Positions 48,735 to 58,970 are shown, numbered from the stretch's first letter. The stretch: 64,000 nt of DNA from an uncultured cyanobacterium (GCA_963793425.1 CAWCAG010000005.1:800001-864000), one strand, 5' to 3'. Numbers and translations are program-made. The notes: a model not told the origin generated them from the sequence alone.

Positions 48735-51293
48735 TTATTTATTTCCCCAAAGCTTGATTGTGCCATCAGCACTACCAGTTATTAAGGTTTCACCACCAGG
48801 AGCAAAAGCCAGGGCAAGTACATCTCCTGAATGTCCAGAAAGGCTATGGCATAACTCTCCGGTTTCTAAATGCCAAAAGTTAATTTTATCGAGACTGGTA
48901 CTAGCTAAAATCTGACCATCAGGACTAAAAGCTAAAGACAAAGCCCCATCCAAGTTACCCCACAGGGTTTGAATTAATTCTCCGGTACTGAGATGCCAAA
49001 GTTTAATAGTTTTGTCTTGGATGCCGCCGCTAGTGGCTAGGGTTTGGCTATCAGGATTGGTAGCTAAAGTTAAGGCGAGATCCAAATGTCCTTGTATGCT
49101 ATAAATTAACTCTTGGGGATTAAGACTCCAGGCATTAATGTTTTTATCACCGCAGCTAATTAAACTTTCTCCATCAGGACTAAAGGCGATCGCGGCTGTA
49201 CCTCCTTGATGTCCAGGAAAACGACGGCTACTTGAGTTATTGAAAAGGTTCTTAAAAACAATATAATTATCCCAACCTCCCCAAGCAATACCTTGGCTAT
49301 CGGGGCTAAAAACCACATTGAAAATACCCTCATCATTGCTAGAAAAGGTTTTTAGGCACGCACCGCTAGCAGTATGCCAAAGGCGGACTGTTTGATCTTT
49401 ACTGGCACTAGCTAACATTTTACCATCGCCACTCATTGCCAAAGAAGTGACAGCATCGGTATGCACAGGAATACTACGTAACCATTCCCCACCAGGTAAC
49501 TGCCAGAAACGCAAACTATGATCCTGACTGCCACTAACCAAGGTTTTGCTATCAGGACTAATTGCTAAAGAAGTAACTCCTGCTGAATGTCCTGTGAGGG
49601 TAGCCAGAATAGCGAAATCGAAGTAAGGTTGAGATTGCTTTGGTGTTTGCTGAACTACAGGTTCAACTTCAATAAGAGATTCAATCACCGGAATCTCCTT
49701 TTGCATAGTTCCTAAAACTGCTGCATCACTAGGAAAAATTCCTGGTTCTAGATTCAGGGAAGTAGATGTAAGGGGTTGAGTAGTTTCTTTATGGACAATC
49801 ACCCGCTTCATAACTAAATCAGTAATTGTGATCACTAATTCCTGGTTAGCATCAACTTCAAATCTCACTTGAAGCCGGTTTTTATTTAATTCTCCCGGTG
49901 GTTGTAAAGGGAGCAGGTAAGATTGCTGTTGCGGATTAACAAGGGGAGTAAAGTCAATCTGCTTATGAGACTGACTTTGCATCATTTGATTATTCAACTC
50001 AAAAGTGACTTCCCCCTGTACCATCTCCCTCATTTCCCCAATATCCAAACGTATTTCTTGCTGTCCTGCTGTAGCAACTTGTAAGTTAAGGGGTTTCTGC
50101 AAGCGGCAAGGATATGGAATTCCCGGCTTAAACAAGTTGAGGTAAGCATAATTTTCCGCTTCCGGTTGCCACAGGCGAATACCATAACCGTAGCTGAGAG
50201 TATGATTGTTTGTAGTAGTACCTTGAGTAAAAGCTAATGCACCTCTAACCACGGCTTCTAGGGGTTGATGTGGTTTCAGCCGCTCTGCCCCGAAGTAATT
50301 AGCAACAAACTCTTGTACCCCAGGAATTAAACAGCTACCTCCCACTAAAAGAATGCTATCAATCTTGTCTTGACTCATGCCTTTACGTAGGGCAGTTTCT
50401 CTTACTTCATCTAAGACTTGCTGTATTTGCTTAAACAACCCTTCGCTTTGAAAAAGTTGTCCTAACTCTTCTCTTGTTAAGCTAATTTCTCCTTCTTCCC
50501 AACTTACCTCAGCTTCCTGGGCTAGGGAAAGTTGTATTTTTAACTTTTCTGCGGCAGCTAATAAACTATGCCAACGCCCCTGTTTAAGTTGTTGGCAGTC
50601 AGAAGCAATTTTAACGAGATAATCTTGGGCTATCCAAGTATCAATATCTATCCCCCCTAAGTAAGCCTCTGCTGTAGTGATTATTTGAGCTTGATCAGGA
50701 GTATCTACGGTAACTAAGCTGACATCTAAAGTCCCCCCACCAAAATCTATCCCTAAGATAGTCGCCTTGGGTTGAGTGATGCCATAACCCCAAGCTGCGG
50801 CACTAGCTTCATCCACAATTTGCAGTTGAGGAAAGTTGAGCTTTTTACCAATAGTTTTAAACAGATCAACGTAGCGCTCAAAATTACCTACAGGTGCTGT
50901 AAGAATCATCTGAGTTGGTACAATATTTTGGGCAGTTATTTGTTGCCAAAGCTGCCCTAAAAACAACTCAATCAGATACTCTGGTGTATAAACTTTCCCC
51001 TCAACTTGTTGATCTGGAGAACGATATTCGGCCGCAATATCTCTTTTAAAACCAGTAAATAATCTTTCTGTTTGACTCGTTTGCAACCACTGAGATCGCC
51101 CTGCTTCCCCAAATAAGAGGTTGCCATTTTCTTGCACAAATACCAAACTTGGTACAACATTAACAGTACCAGAATCAACCAAAAAACTGCGGGAAATTTC
51201 AGGGAATTGTAGTACTCTGGGAACTTGAGTTGTAGAGTCTTGGAGACAAATGAGAGTATTGCTAGTACCGAAATCAATAGCAACAGTAGTCAC
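48735..51293 (-). CDS. Hsp70-family ATPase fused to a C-terminal WD40 beta-propeller
   Basis: AIDFGTSN, IDFGGGTLD and LLVGGS Hsp70 motifs; seven GH...W(D)-type repeats at the C-terminus. Confidence 0.88.
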   Translation of the reverse strand: MTTVAIDFGTSNTLICLQDSTTQVPRVLQFPEISRSFLVDSGTVNVVPSLVFVQENGNLLFGEAGRSQWLQTSQTERLFTGFKRDIAAEYRSPDQQVEGKVYTPEYLIELFLGQLWQQITAQNIVPTQMILTAPVGNFERYVDLFKTIGKKLNFPQLQIVDEASAAAWGYGITQPKATILGIDFGGGTLDVSLVTVDTPDQAQIITTAEAYLGGIDIDTWIAQDYLVKIASDCQQLKQGRWHSLLAAAEKLKIQLSLAQEAEVSWEEGEISLTREELGQLFQSEGLFKQIQQVLDEVRETALRKGMSQDKIDSILLVGGSCLIPGVQEFVANYFGAERLKPHQPLEAVVRGALAFTQGTTTNNHTLSYGYGIRLWQPEAENYAYLNLFKPGIPYPCRLQKPLNLQVATAGQQEIRLDIGEMREMVQGEVTFELNNQMMQSQSHKQIDFTPLVNPQQQSYLLPLQPPGELNKNRLQVRFEVDANQELVITITDLVMKRVIVHKETTQPLTSTSLNLEPGIFPSDAAVLGTMQKEIPVIESLIEVEPVVQQTPKQSQPYFDFAILATLTGHSAGVTSLAISPDSKTLVSGSQDHSLRFWQLPGGEWLRSIPVHTDAVTSLAMSGDGKMLASASKDQTVRLWHTASGACLKTFSSNDEGIFNVVFSPDSQGIAWGGWDNYIVFKNLFNNSSSRRFPGHQGGTAAIAFSPDGESLISCGDKNINAWSLNPQELIYSIQGHLDLALTLATNPDSQTLATSGGIQDKTIKLWHLSTGELIQTLWGNLDGALSLAFSPDGQILASTSLDKINFWHLETGELCHSLSGHSGDVLALAFAPGGETLITGSADGTIKLWGNK

Positions 51294-51390
51294 TGCATTT
51301 CTTGAAACAGGGGTTTATCAATTCCAGTTTAGATCGTTGTTTGAAGTTTCCGCCAATAATTGATCCCAAATCGGTGTTTAGGAGCACAGA

Positions 51391-52641
51391 TTATTTATGT
51401 AGAAGATTAATTGCTTGAGAGTTGGTTAAATTGAGTAACCTGACATCTCCTAATTCGAGGACTCGTTGAGGAACTTCTTGCTTAACTCCCAAAGCCTCCA
51501 GCACTTGATGCCCTAAAACCCTAGCTAGTAATGGGGGAACAGCATTTCCTACTTGGCGGAAACCGTGCCATTTTGTGCCATGAAGACGGAACCAGTCAGG
51601 AAAAGAATGCAATCGGGCTGCTTCTCTTACTGAGATCACCCTGTGGTATTGGGGATGAAGAGGACGAGGAGAAGTATAGCTACCTCTTTCTGCCCCTGTC
51701 CCTGCTCTTAAAGTGTGACAAGGTTTGTCCCAAACCAATCTTTGTAGATGGCTGATTCTTTCCCTTTTTCCTGGGAGAGTCTGGCAAAAACGGTTGAGAG
51801 AATTTGTCGTATGTTGGGTTTGGCAAGAACTAGTTAACTTAGTTCTGTTCCAGATACGTTTATAAGCAAAATTGTGGGGATCATCAATTATGCCTCGTAG
51901 GATTTTAACATAATTGCTGGCCCCTGCTTCCCAAATTTCCACTTGTTCTGGTTCTAAATCTACCTCATCGCTAGTTCGTAGTTCCAGGAAATCATCAAGA
52001 TTAGGTAAATCAGCGATCGCCTCCTTAACTGTCGTTGGCTGGGGGGTTAATTCTCCTGTAGGATAAGTTAAAGCTGTTTCTCCTCTTCTTGTCCCCAAAA
52101 GAAACAATCGCTGGCGTTCTTGGGGAACTCCGTAGGCAGAGGCGTTAAGTATTTGTATGGGTTCTGCTAACTGATAACCTGCTGCTTTGAACTCTTCTTT
52201 TAGCCCCGTTAAAATGGCAGCATACTTCTTTTGGGTCAAACCAGGAACATTCTCCATAATGAAGTAACGAGGTTGCAGTTCCTTGACTAAACGACAAAAG
52301 TGAAAGATTAAGTTATTGCGCTCATCTTTTAAGTTTCGTTTACCCATCACCGAAAAACCTTGACAAGGTGGCCCACCTATGAGTAAGCCAATTTCTTGGT
52401 TGAGGCTTTTTTCAATCTCTTGCCCAGAAAGAGTCGCAATATCAGCCCATAACACCTTGCTGTCAGGGAAATTAAACTGATGTACAGCCCCATGAACAGG
52501 GTCTTTTTCCACTGCGATCGCAACATCAAATCCTGCTTGTTCAATACCTAAAGAAAATCCCCCAGCACCAGCAAATAAGTCCACTGCTACGGGGCGGCAG
52601 TGAACTTCGGGGGGCTGGATACTGGGAAGATTAAAAGACAA
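51391..52641 (-). CDS. dcm: DNA (cytosine-5)-methyltransferase, orphan
   Basis: DLFAGAGG (motif I), GPPCQGFS (IV), ENV (VI), Q.R.R (VIII), REAARL (IX), GNAVPP (X). No adjacent restriction endonuclease. Confidence 0.93.
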   Translation of the reverse strand: MSFNLPSIQPPEVHCRPVAVDLFAGAGGFSLGIEQAGFDVAIAVEKDPVHGAVHQFNFPDSKVLWADIATLSGQEIEKSLNQEIGLLIGGPPCQGFSVMGKRNLKDERNNLIFHFCRLVKELQPRYFIMENVPGLTQKKYAAILTGLKEEFKAAGYQLAEPIQILNASAYGVPQERQRLFLLGTRRGETALTYPTGELTPQPTTVKEAIADLPNLDDFLELRTSDEVDLEPEQVEIWEAGASNYVKILRGIIDDPHNFAYKRIWNRTKLTSSCQTQHTTNSLNRFCQTLPGKRERISHLQRLVWDKPCHTLRAGTGAERGSYTSPRPLHPQYHRVISVREAARLHSFPDWFRLHGTKWHGFRQVGNAVPPLLARVLGHQVLEALGVKQEVPQRVLELGDVRLLNLTNSQAINLLHK

Positions 52642-52674
52642 ATTACCAAAGGTTGTAACTTGACATGGTTAGAT

Positions 52675-52690
52675 TAGCACAAATGTACTA
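52675..52690. promoter_or_regulatory. Putative cyanobacterial LexA box 1
   Basis: TAGCACAAATGTACTA; one mismatch to the consensus RGTAC-N3-DGTWCB. Confidence 0.55.
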
Positions 52691-52720
52691 TTTTGAAGTT
52701 AAAGAAATTTTCCTTGGCCC

Positions 52721-52750
52721 TTGACAAGTTATGTAGTACTCGTGTAGTAT
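52721..52750 (+). promoter_or_regulatory. Sigma70-type promoter of the Ro/Y-RNA operon, overlapped by LexA-like box 2 (52734-52749)
   Basis: TTGACA (52721-52726), 18-nt spacer, TAGTAT (52745-52750). TAGTACTCGTGTAGTA covers the spacer and the -10 box. Confidence 0.65.
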
Positions 52751-52810
52751 TAGAGCAACAAGACAAATCAAACATCTAAAACAACATACTCAAACAACCG
52801 CCTTGGTTAG

Positions 52811-53017
<207 letters not shown>

Positions 53018-53037
53018 GTTAAAACTAAAACTTTTTT

Positions 53038-53186
53038 TCCCGCGTCCTAACCTCTTAAGCTTACATACTTTTTCGTTTGCGGAACGGAAGGTCACAGGTT
53101 CGAGTCCTGTCATTCCCGCTTAAAATGGGGATGTAGCTCAGTGGTAGAGCGTCAGTATCATAAAAGCTTAATTGACTTGCGCGGGA
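53038..53186 (+). ncRNA. Y-RNA-like tRNA mimic 1 (whole cloverleaf permuted between D arm and anticodon arm)
   Basis: Scaffold stems TCCCGCG/CGCGGGA, TTAAGCTT/AAGCTTAA and ATACT/AGTAT. Cargo order: anticodon arm TTCGT-TTGCGGA-ACGGA, variable AGGTC, T arm ACAGG-TTCGAGT-CCTGT, loop-closed acceptor CATTCCC/GGGGATG, D arm GCTC-AGTGGTA-GAGC. Confidence 0.85.
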
Positions 53187-53221
53187 CAACCTTTAAATTC
53201 TTGCTCCTGTTAAAAACAAGT

Positions 53222-53345
53222 ACTTCGCGCCCTAACTTAAAAAGCTTACATACTAGCTCAATTAGTAGAGCGCTTGACTCAAGATCAAGAAGTTGCAGGT
53301 GCGATTCCTGCGTATACTCAACAGCTTTTTTAACTTGCGCGAGGT
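53222..53345 (+). ncRNA. Y-RNA-like tRNA mimic 2 (canonical arm order, scaffold replaces the acceptor end)
   Basis: Scaffold ACTTCGCGC/GCGCGAGGT, AAAAAGCT/AGCTTTTT and ATAC/GTAT. D arm GCTC-AATTAGTA-GAGC, anticodon arm CTTGA-CTCAAGA-TCAAG (CAA), T arm GCAGG-TGCGATT-CCTGC. No 7-bp acceptor stem or CCA. Confidence 0.85.
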
Positions 53346-53365
53346 CACTTTTTTCCTCAATTTTT

Positions 53366-53511
53366 ACCGCGTCCCAATTTGCAAAGCTTACATACTATAT
53401 TAATCCATCGGTCGTAGGTGCAAATCCTACCATCTCCGTTGCCAATGGAGATGTAGCTCAGTTAGTAGAGCAGTGGAATGTATCTGAAATAGCTTTGCTA
53501 ACTTACGCGGT
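53366..53511 (+). ncRNA. Y-RNA-like tRNA mimic 3 (YrlA-type, permuted in the anticodon loop)
   Basis: Scaffold ACCGCGT/ACGCGGT, GCAAAGCT/AGCTTTGC and ATAC/GTAT. Anticodon stem TCCAT/GTGGA, T arm GTAGG-TGCAAAT-CCTAC, closed acceptor CATCTCC/GGAGATG, D arm GCTC-AGTTAGTA-GAGC. Confidence 0.88.
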
Positions 53512-53537
53512 TTGATTTTAAACAAAAATAAAATTAC

Positions 53538-53686
53538 TTCCGTATCCTCATCTAAAAAGCTTACACACTAAGGAATCTGTTATCTGGAAAGATACGTGGG
53601 TTCAAATCCCACCAACCCCGTGGTTGTGGCGGAGTGGTTAAACGCGATAGATATTGTGAAATACAGCTTTTTTAACTTGTACGGAA
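53538..53686 (+). ncRNA. Y-RNA-like tRNA mimic 4 (permuted class II, Leu-like, long variable arm)
   Basis: Scaffold TTCCGTAT/GTACGGAA, AAAAAGCT/AGCTTTTT and CAC/GTG. Anticodon stem TCTGT/ATAGA, variable arm TATCT-GGAA-AGATA, T arm GTGGG-TTCAAAT-CCCAC, short acceptor CAACC/GGTTG, D arm GCG-GAGTGGTTAAA-CGC. Confidence 0.85.
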
Positions 53687-53713
53687 ATTCTTAACCCTAT
53701 AGGGAGGGCATCT

Positions 53714-54100
53714 ATGTCTACAACAACTTTACAAGTTCTTGAACAACTGCAAACCTTTGCTTTCCAAGAAACACAGGAATTAGTAAAGCAAATCGAAGCA
53801 GCTTTTAATGTAGATGTTTCCTCCCAAGTAACCTTTGCCTATTCCCTTGATCCAATTAACTTAACTGGGGAGGATTCTGAAAAGCCAATGGAATTTGATG
53901 TAGTTTTAGAACAAGTCCCTGCTCAAAATAAGATTGCCATCATTAAAGCGTTGCGAAGTCTGACAGGACTGAGTTTGCGAGAATCTAAACAGATGGTTGA
54001 TTCTGCTCCTACAACCATCAATCAGTCAGTGGATCTCCAAATAGCTGAGGCAACGAAAATTCAATTAGAAGCAGTTGGTGCAACAGTTGCTTTGAAATAA
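53714..54100 (+). CDS. rplL: Ribosomal protein L7/L12 paralogue (stand-alone, divergent)
   Basis: ELVKQIEAAFNV N-domain; EFDVVLE...KIAIIKALRSLTGLSLRESKQMVDSAP...LEAVGATVALK C-domain; GGAGG RBS; no rplJ or rplA nearby. Confidence 0.88.
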   Translation: MSTTTLQVLEQLQTFAFQETQELVKQIEAAFNVDVSSQVTFAYSLDPINLTGEDSEKPMEFDVVLEQVPAQNKIAIIKALRSLTGLSLRESKQMVDSAPTTINQSVDLQIAEATKIQLEAVGATVALK

Positions 54101-54129
54101 GTAATTTGTTTTCGACTCACAAATGGTAA

Positions 54130-55716
<1,587 letters not shown>

Positions 55717-55723
55717 ATTATAT

Positions 55724-55756
55724 TAGGGTAAGTTAATTGCTTGCCCTATTTTTTTT
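55724..55756 (+). terminator. Rho-independent terminator of the Ro/Y operon
   Basis: TAGGGTAAG-loop-CTTGCCCTA followed by T8. Confidence 0.85.
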
Positions 55757-55817
55757 GAGTCCCCTAAGCAATGTATTTCCGTTGCAGAAAGCAAGGAAAG
55801 AATGTGATGGTAGCGCC

Positions 55818-56159
55818 TCATAACACCAAAGTTTCTAGCCTAGCTAATACTTCTTCAAGAATTTCTGGAGTGGCCTTTTCAACAAATTTTGCTTTTCTTA
55901 CTCGCCAGTCTAAACTTTTGATGTGATCAACTAAGGCTACCCCCGTTGTTTTCATGCTTTCTTCTAAAAGTACTTCAAAGCTTAGTCCTTTAATCTGGTT
56001 AGTGATGGGACACATTAAAGCGAGAGAAGCTATTTTGTTGTAAGCAAAAGGTGAGATAATCAAAGCTGGGTGATAACCTGTTTGTTCTCTGCCTTTGTTG
56101 GGGTTAAAGTTGAGTTTAACAATATCTCCCCTTTCTGGTATATAGTTTGTACTTACCAA
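55818..56159 (-). CDS. mazF: MazF/PemK family endoribonuclease toxin
   Basis: YIPERGDIV..NFNP..GREQ.G.HPALIIS...CPIT...DHIKSLDWRVRKA. Confidence 0.92.
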   Translation of the reverse strand: MVSTNYIPERGDIVKLNFNPNKGREQTGYHPALIISPFAYNKIASLALMCPITNQIKGLSFEVLLEESMKTTGVALVDHIKSLDWRVRKAKFVEKATPEILEEVLARLETLVL

Positions 56160-56392
56160 GCTTCTTTACCAATAGGGCTTCCTATGTCAGTTTCTGAGTG
56201 AAACTGTTTTGAGGTCATACCTTGTAGCAGCTCTTCTAGAGTGTACTTTTTTCTTCGAGGTGTGATGATTAGTTTTCCTTCTAAAACAGTTAAAGATACT
56301 GTTGTACCTTCGGTGCAATCAATTTCCTCAGCTAGGGCTTTAGGAATGCGAATTGCTAAGCTGTTTCCCCACTTAGTTATTGTAGAGGTCAT
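56153..56392 (-). CDS. mazE: MazE/AbrB family antitoxin
   Basis: KWGNSLAIRIPK, YTLEELL, G.P.GKEAW; overlaps the toxin start. Confidence 0.93.
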   Translation of the reverse strand: MTSTITKWGNSLAIRIPKALAEEIDCTEGTTVSLTVLEGKLIITPRRKKYTLEELLQGMTSKQFHSETDIGSPIGKEAW

Positions 56393-56423
56393 AGTTATCT
56401 AATTTCACGACAGGCTAATTGTT

Positions 56424-56446
56424 ATTGTATCTACTTTGAATATACA
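56424..56446 (-). promoter_or_regulatory. Putative mazEF -10 box and autoregulatory palindrome
   Basis: TACAAT on the minus strand (56424-56429) overlapped by TGTAT-N11-ATACA. Confidence 0.45.
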
Positions 56447-56483
56447 TTGCCATAGTGTGCAATTATCCATTGGTAATAAAGTT

Positions 56484-57278
56484 ATGTTTTTATACTTATC
56501 TAAGTTAATTCCTCTTTTTCTCTACCCTTTAGGATTGGCTTGTTTATTATTATTTATTGCTCTAGTTTTAGCTTGGAAATTTCCCCGTCGGCTTCCCATT
56601 CCCGTAGGTTTGGCACTCATAATCTTATTGTTATCTAGTAATGGTTGGGTAAGTAATGAAATTGTGCGATCGCTAGAATGGCAACATTTACCACCCCAAG
56701 AAATTCCTCAAGCTGATGCTATCGTAATCTTAGGTGGTTCCACAAGGCCCCAATCTCCACCTCGTGCCACAGTAGAAATTGCTGAACAAGGGGATCGCGT
56801 TATTTATGGTGGTTATTTGTACCAACAAAAAAAAGCACCCTTAATTATTCCCGCAGGAGGAAGAATATCTTGGAAGGGAGGAGGAGATAAATCAGAAGCA
56901 GAAGATATGGCTGCCTTATTAAAATTAATGGGCATTCCTAGCCAGGATATGATCTTAGAAAAAGAATCTCTTAATACCTATGAAAATGCCGTTAATGTCA
57001 AAAAGATTTTACAGCAAAAGAAGCTCAACAAAATCCTTTTAGTAACCTCCGCACTTCATATGCCTAGAGCCTTAAAAATCTTTCAAAAGCGAAACATTGA
57101 AGCGATTCCTGCCCCAACAGATTTTCTCGTCTCAGAACAACTATTAAAAGAACCAAGTAGTAGCACAGAAGCAATTTTCTTGAATCTCATTCCTGATGTT
57201 GATCATTTAGAATACACTACCAAAGCTATAAAGGAATATATTGGTACAATAGTTTATCGCTTGAAAGGATGGCTTTGA
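56484..57278 (+). CDS. YdcF/ElyC family (DUF218) protein
   Basis: DAIVILGG, SEAEDM, SLNTYENA, LVTSALHMPRA, KEYIG. Start set at the ATG at 56484. Confidence 0.92.
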   Translation: MFLYLSKLIPLFLYPLGLACLLLFIALVLAWKFPRRLPIPVGLALIILLLSSNGWVSNEIVRSLEWQHLPPQEIPQADAIVILGGSTRPQSPPRATVEIAEQGDRVIYGGYLYQQKKAPLIIPAGGRISWKGGGDKSEAEDMAALLKLMGIPSQDMILEKESLNTYENAVNVKKILQQKKLNKILLVTSALHMPRALKIFQKRNIEAIPAPTDFLVSEQLLKEPSSSTEAIFLNLIPDVDHLEYTTKAIKEYIGTIVYRLKGWL

Positions 57279-57313
57279 AAGTGACAAGTAATAAGTAATA
57301 AGTAATAAATAAA

Positions 57314-58867
57314 ATGAGTAATTTTTCCAAGATTAGTTCTGATTCATTAACAGAAAAGCAATTAATTCTTGGTCTATTAGTTGGTGCAATTATTCTTTAT
57401 ACTGTTTCTTTGGGTAACTTAGCTATTCGAGACTGGGACGAGGGTTATTACACAATTGTAGCTAGGGATATGTATCGCACCGGTAACTGGCTTTACCCTA
57501 CCTATTTAGGTGATCCTTTCTTACTCAAACCACCTTTAATGCACTGGTTAGTAGCCCTAAGCTACCACCTGGGAGGGGTTAATGAATTCACCTCTCGCTT
57601 ACCTACTGCCTTACTCAGTGCTGGTAGTATTCCCCTCATTTATCTCCTCGGCAAAGAAGCTTTTTCTCAACGCCTTCCTGCCCTTTTTTCTGCCTTAGTT
57701 TATCTCACTCTTCTACCAGTAGTGCGTAATGGGCGTTTAGCCATGTTGGATGGTATGTCAATTACCTTCTTCCTCATCACTTTGTTGTGCTTGATTAAAG
57801 CAAAAAAGCAACCAACCTGGGCAGTAGGTATTGGTATTTCTTTAGGGCTAATTGGCTTAACCAAAGGCATTTTAGTTTTATTATTAGGAGCGATCGCAAC
57901 TATATTTCTTCTTGCTAATAGTCAGTTATTACTATTAGCAAATCCTTATTTATGGCTAGGTTTAATAATCGGTAGCCTACCATTGTTTTCTTGGTATTTT
58001 GCCCAATGGCAACATTATGGTGAAATCTTCTTACAAGTCCATTTTCAGGCCCAAGGTTTTGAAAGAATTAATAATGCAGTGTGGGGAAATACTGGCCCTC
58101 CCTGGTTTTATATCTTAGAACTATTAAAATACTCCTTCCCCTGGTTACTATTCTTCCCTTCCGGTTTACATCTTGCTTGGCAAAAACGCCATACCCCTTG
58201 GGGAAAATTAGTCTTAATTGGTTTCTGTGGTTACATGGGCATTATTTCTGTCATGGGAACCAAATTACCCTGGTATATCTTACCTGCCTATATTTTCTTC
58301 GCCCTAGCCATAGGTTCTAGCTTAAACAAACTTTGGCACTCTCGTAACTACCCCCTCTGGTTAACCACAGCCTTTGCTCTCCTTTCTTTCGCATCTATAG
58401 GAGGCTTAGTTTACTTTATCTTGGCAGATCCCCAAATCCCTCTCATTCTCCTAGCCGTAGTCGTTGCCATCACCATGGGTTTAGCTGCGTGGCAAGTACA
58501 ACAAAATCGTCCTACCTTCATTCCCCTACTTTTTGTCGGAACTTACTTATCTTTAGGACTATTAATGATTTCCCAATCTTGGATTTGGGAATTAAACGAA
58601 GCCTTTCGCGTCAAACCTGTAGCTGCTTTAATCAAGGAAAACACTGACCCCAAAATACCTGTTTATATATCTCACTATGGCAGACCAAGTTTAGAATTTT
58701 ATAGCGATCGCTTAGTTATACCCCTGACCAGTCAAAATATAGAACAGCTTTGGCAAAGCAAACCTTACCTACTTCTCGATCAAACCACCTTAGAACAAAC
58801 AAACTTACCAGAAAGCCAAAGCTTAGGTATAGCAGCCGGTTTTACTCTTATTACTCCGAAAGAGTAA
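57314..58867 (+). CDS. ArnT-like glycosyltransferase family 39
   Basis: DWDEGYY, KPPL, RLP, GRLAMLD, TKG, TKLPWY; multiple TM helices. Confidence 0.9.
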   Translation: MSNFSKISSDSLTEKQLILGLLVGAIILYTVSLGNLAIRDWDEGYYTIVARDMYRTGNWLYPTYLGDPFLLKPPLMHWLVALSYHLGGVNEFTSRLPTALLSAGSIPLIYLLGKEAFSQRLPALFSALVYLTLLPVVRNGRLAMLDGMSITFFLITLLCLIKAKKQPTWAVGIGISLGLIGLTKGILVLLLGAIATIFLLANSQLLLLANPYLWLGLIIGSLPLFSWYFAQWQHYGEIFLQVHFQAQGFERINNAVWGNTGPPWFYILELLKYSFPWLLFFPSGLHLAWQKRHTPWGKLVLIGFCGYMGIISVMGTKLPWYILPAYIFFALAIGSSLNKLWHSRNYPLWLTTAFALLSFASIGGLVYFILADPQIPLILLAVVVAITMGLAAWQVQQNRPTFIPLLFVGTYLSLGLLMISQSWIWELNEAFRVKPVAALIKENTDPKIPVYISHYGRPSLEFYSDRLVIPLTSQNIEQLWQSKPYLLLDQTTLEQTNLPESQSLGIAAGFTLITPKE

Positions 58868-58970
58868 TTGCTAACTTCTAGTTGTAGGACTTGCTCTTAT
58901 CTAAGAAATCATTGATAACTAATAACTGTTTACTGTTTACTGATAACTGATAACTGTTTACCGATTTCCC

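Noticed and set aside
51391..52641. Complete restriction-modification system
   Set aside because: No endonuclease gene is adjacent; orphan C5 methyltransferases are common in cyanobacteria.
53141..53515. 124-aa ORF on the + strand in the ORF track
   Set aside because: Runs across RNA elements 1-3, starts at a GTG inside a D-loop, has no RBS and no protein-like features; the RNA structure explains the sequence.
53038..53686. Ordinary tRNA gene cluster or CRISPR array
   Set aside because: Arms are permuted or lack an acceptor end and CCA, so these are not standard tRNA genes. The repeats are paired, degenerate flanks around structured cargos rather than identical direct repeats with spacers, and no cas genes are present.
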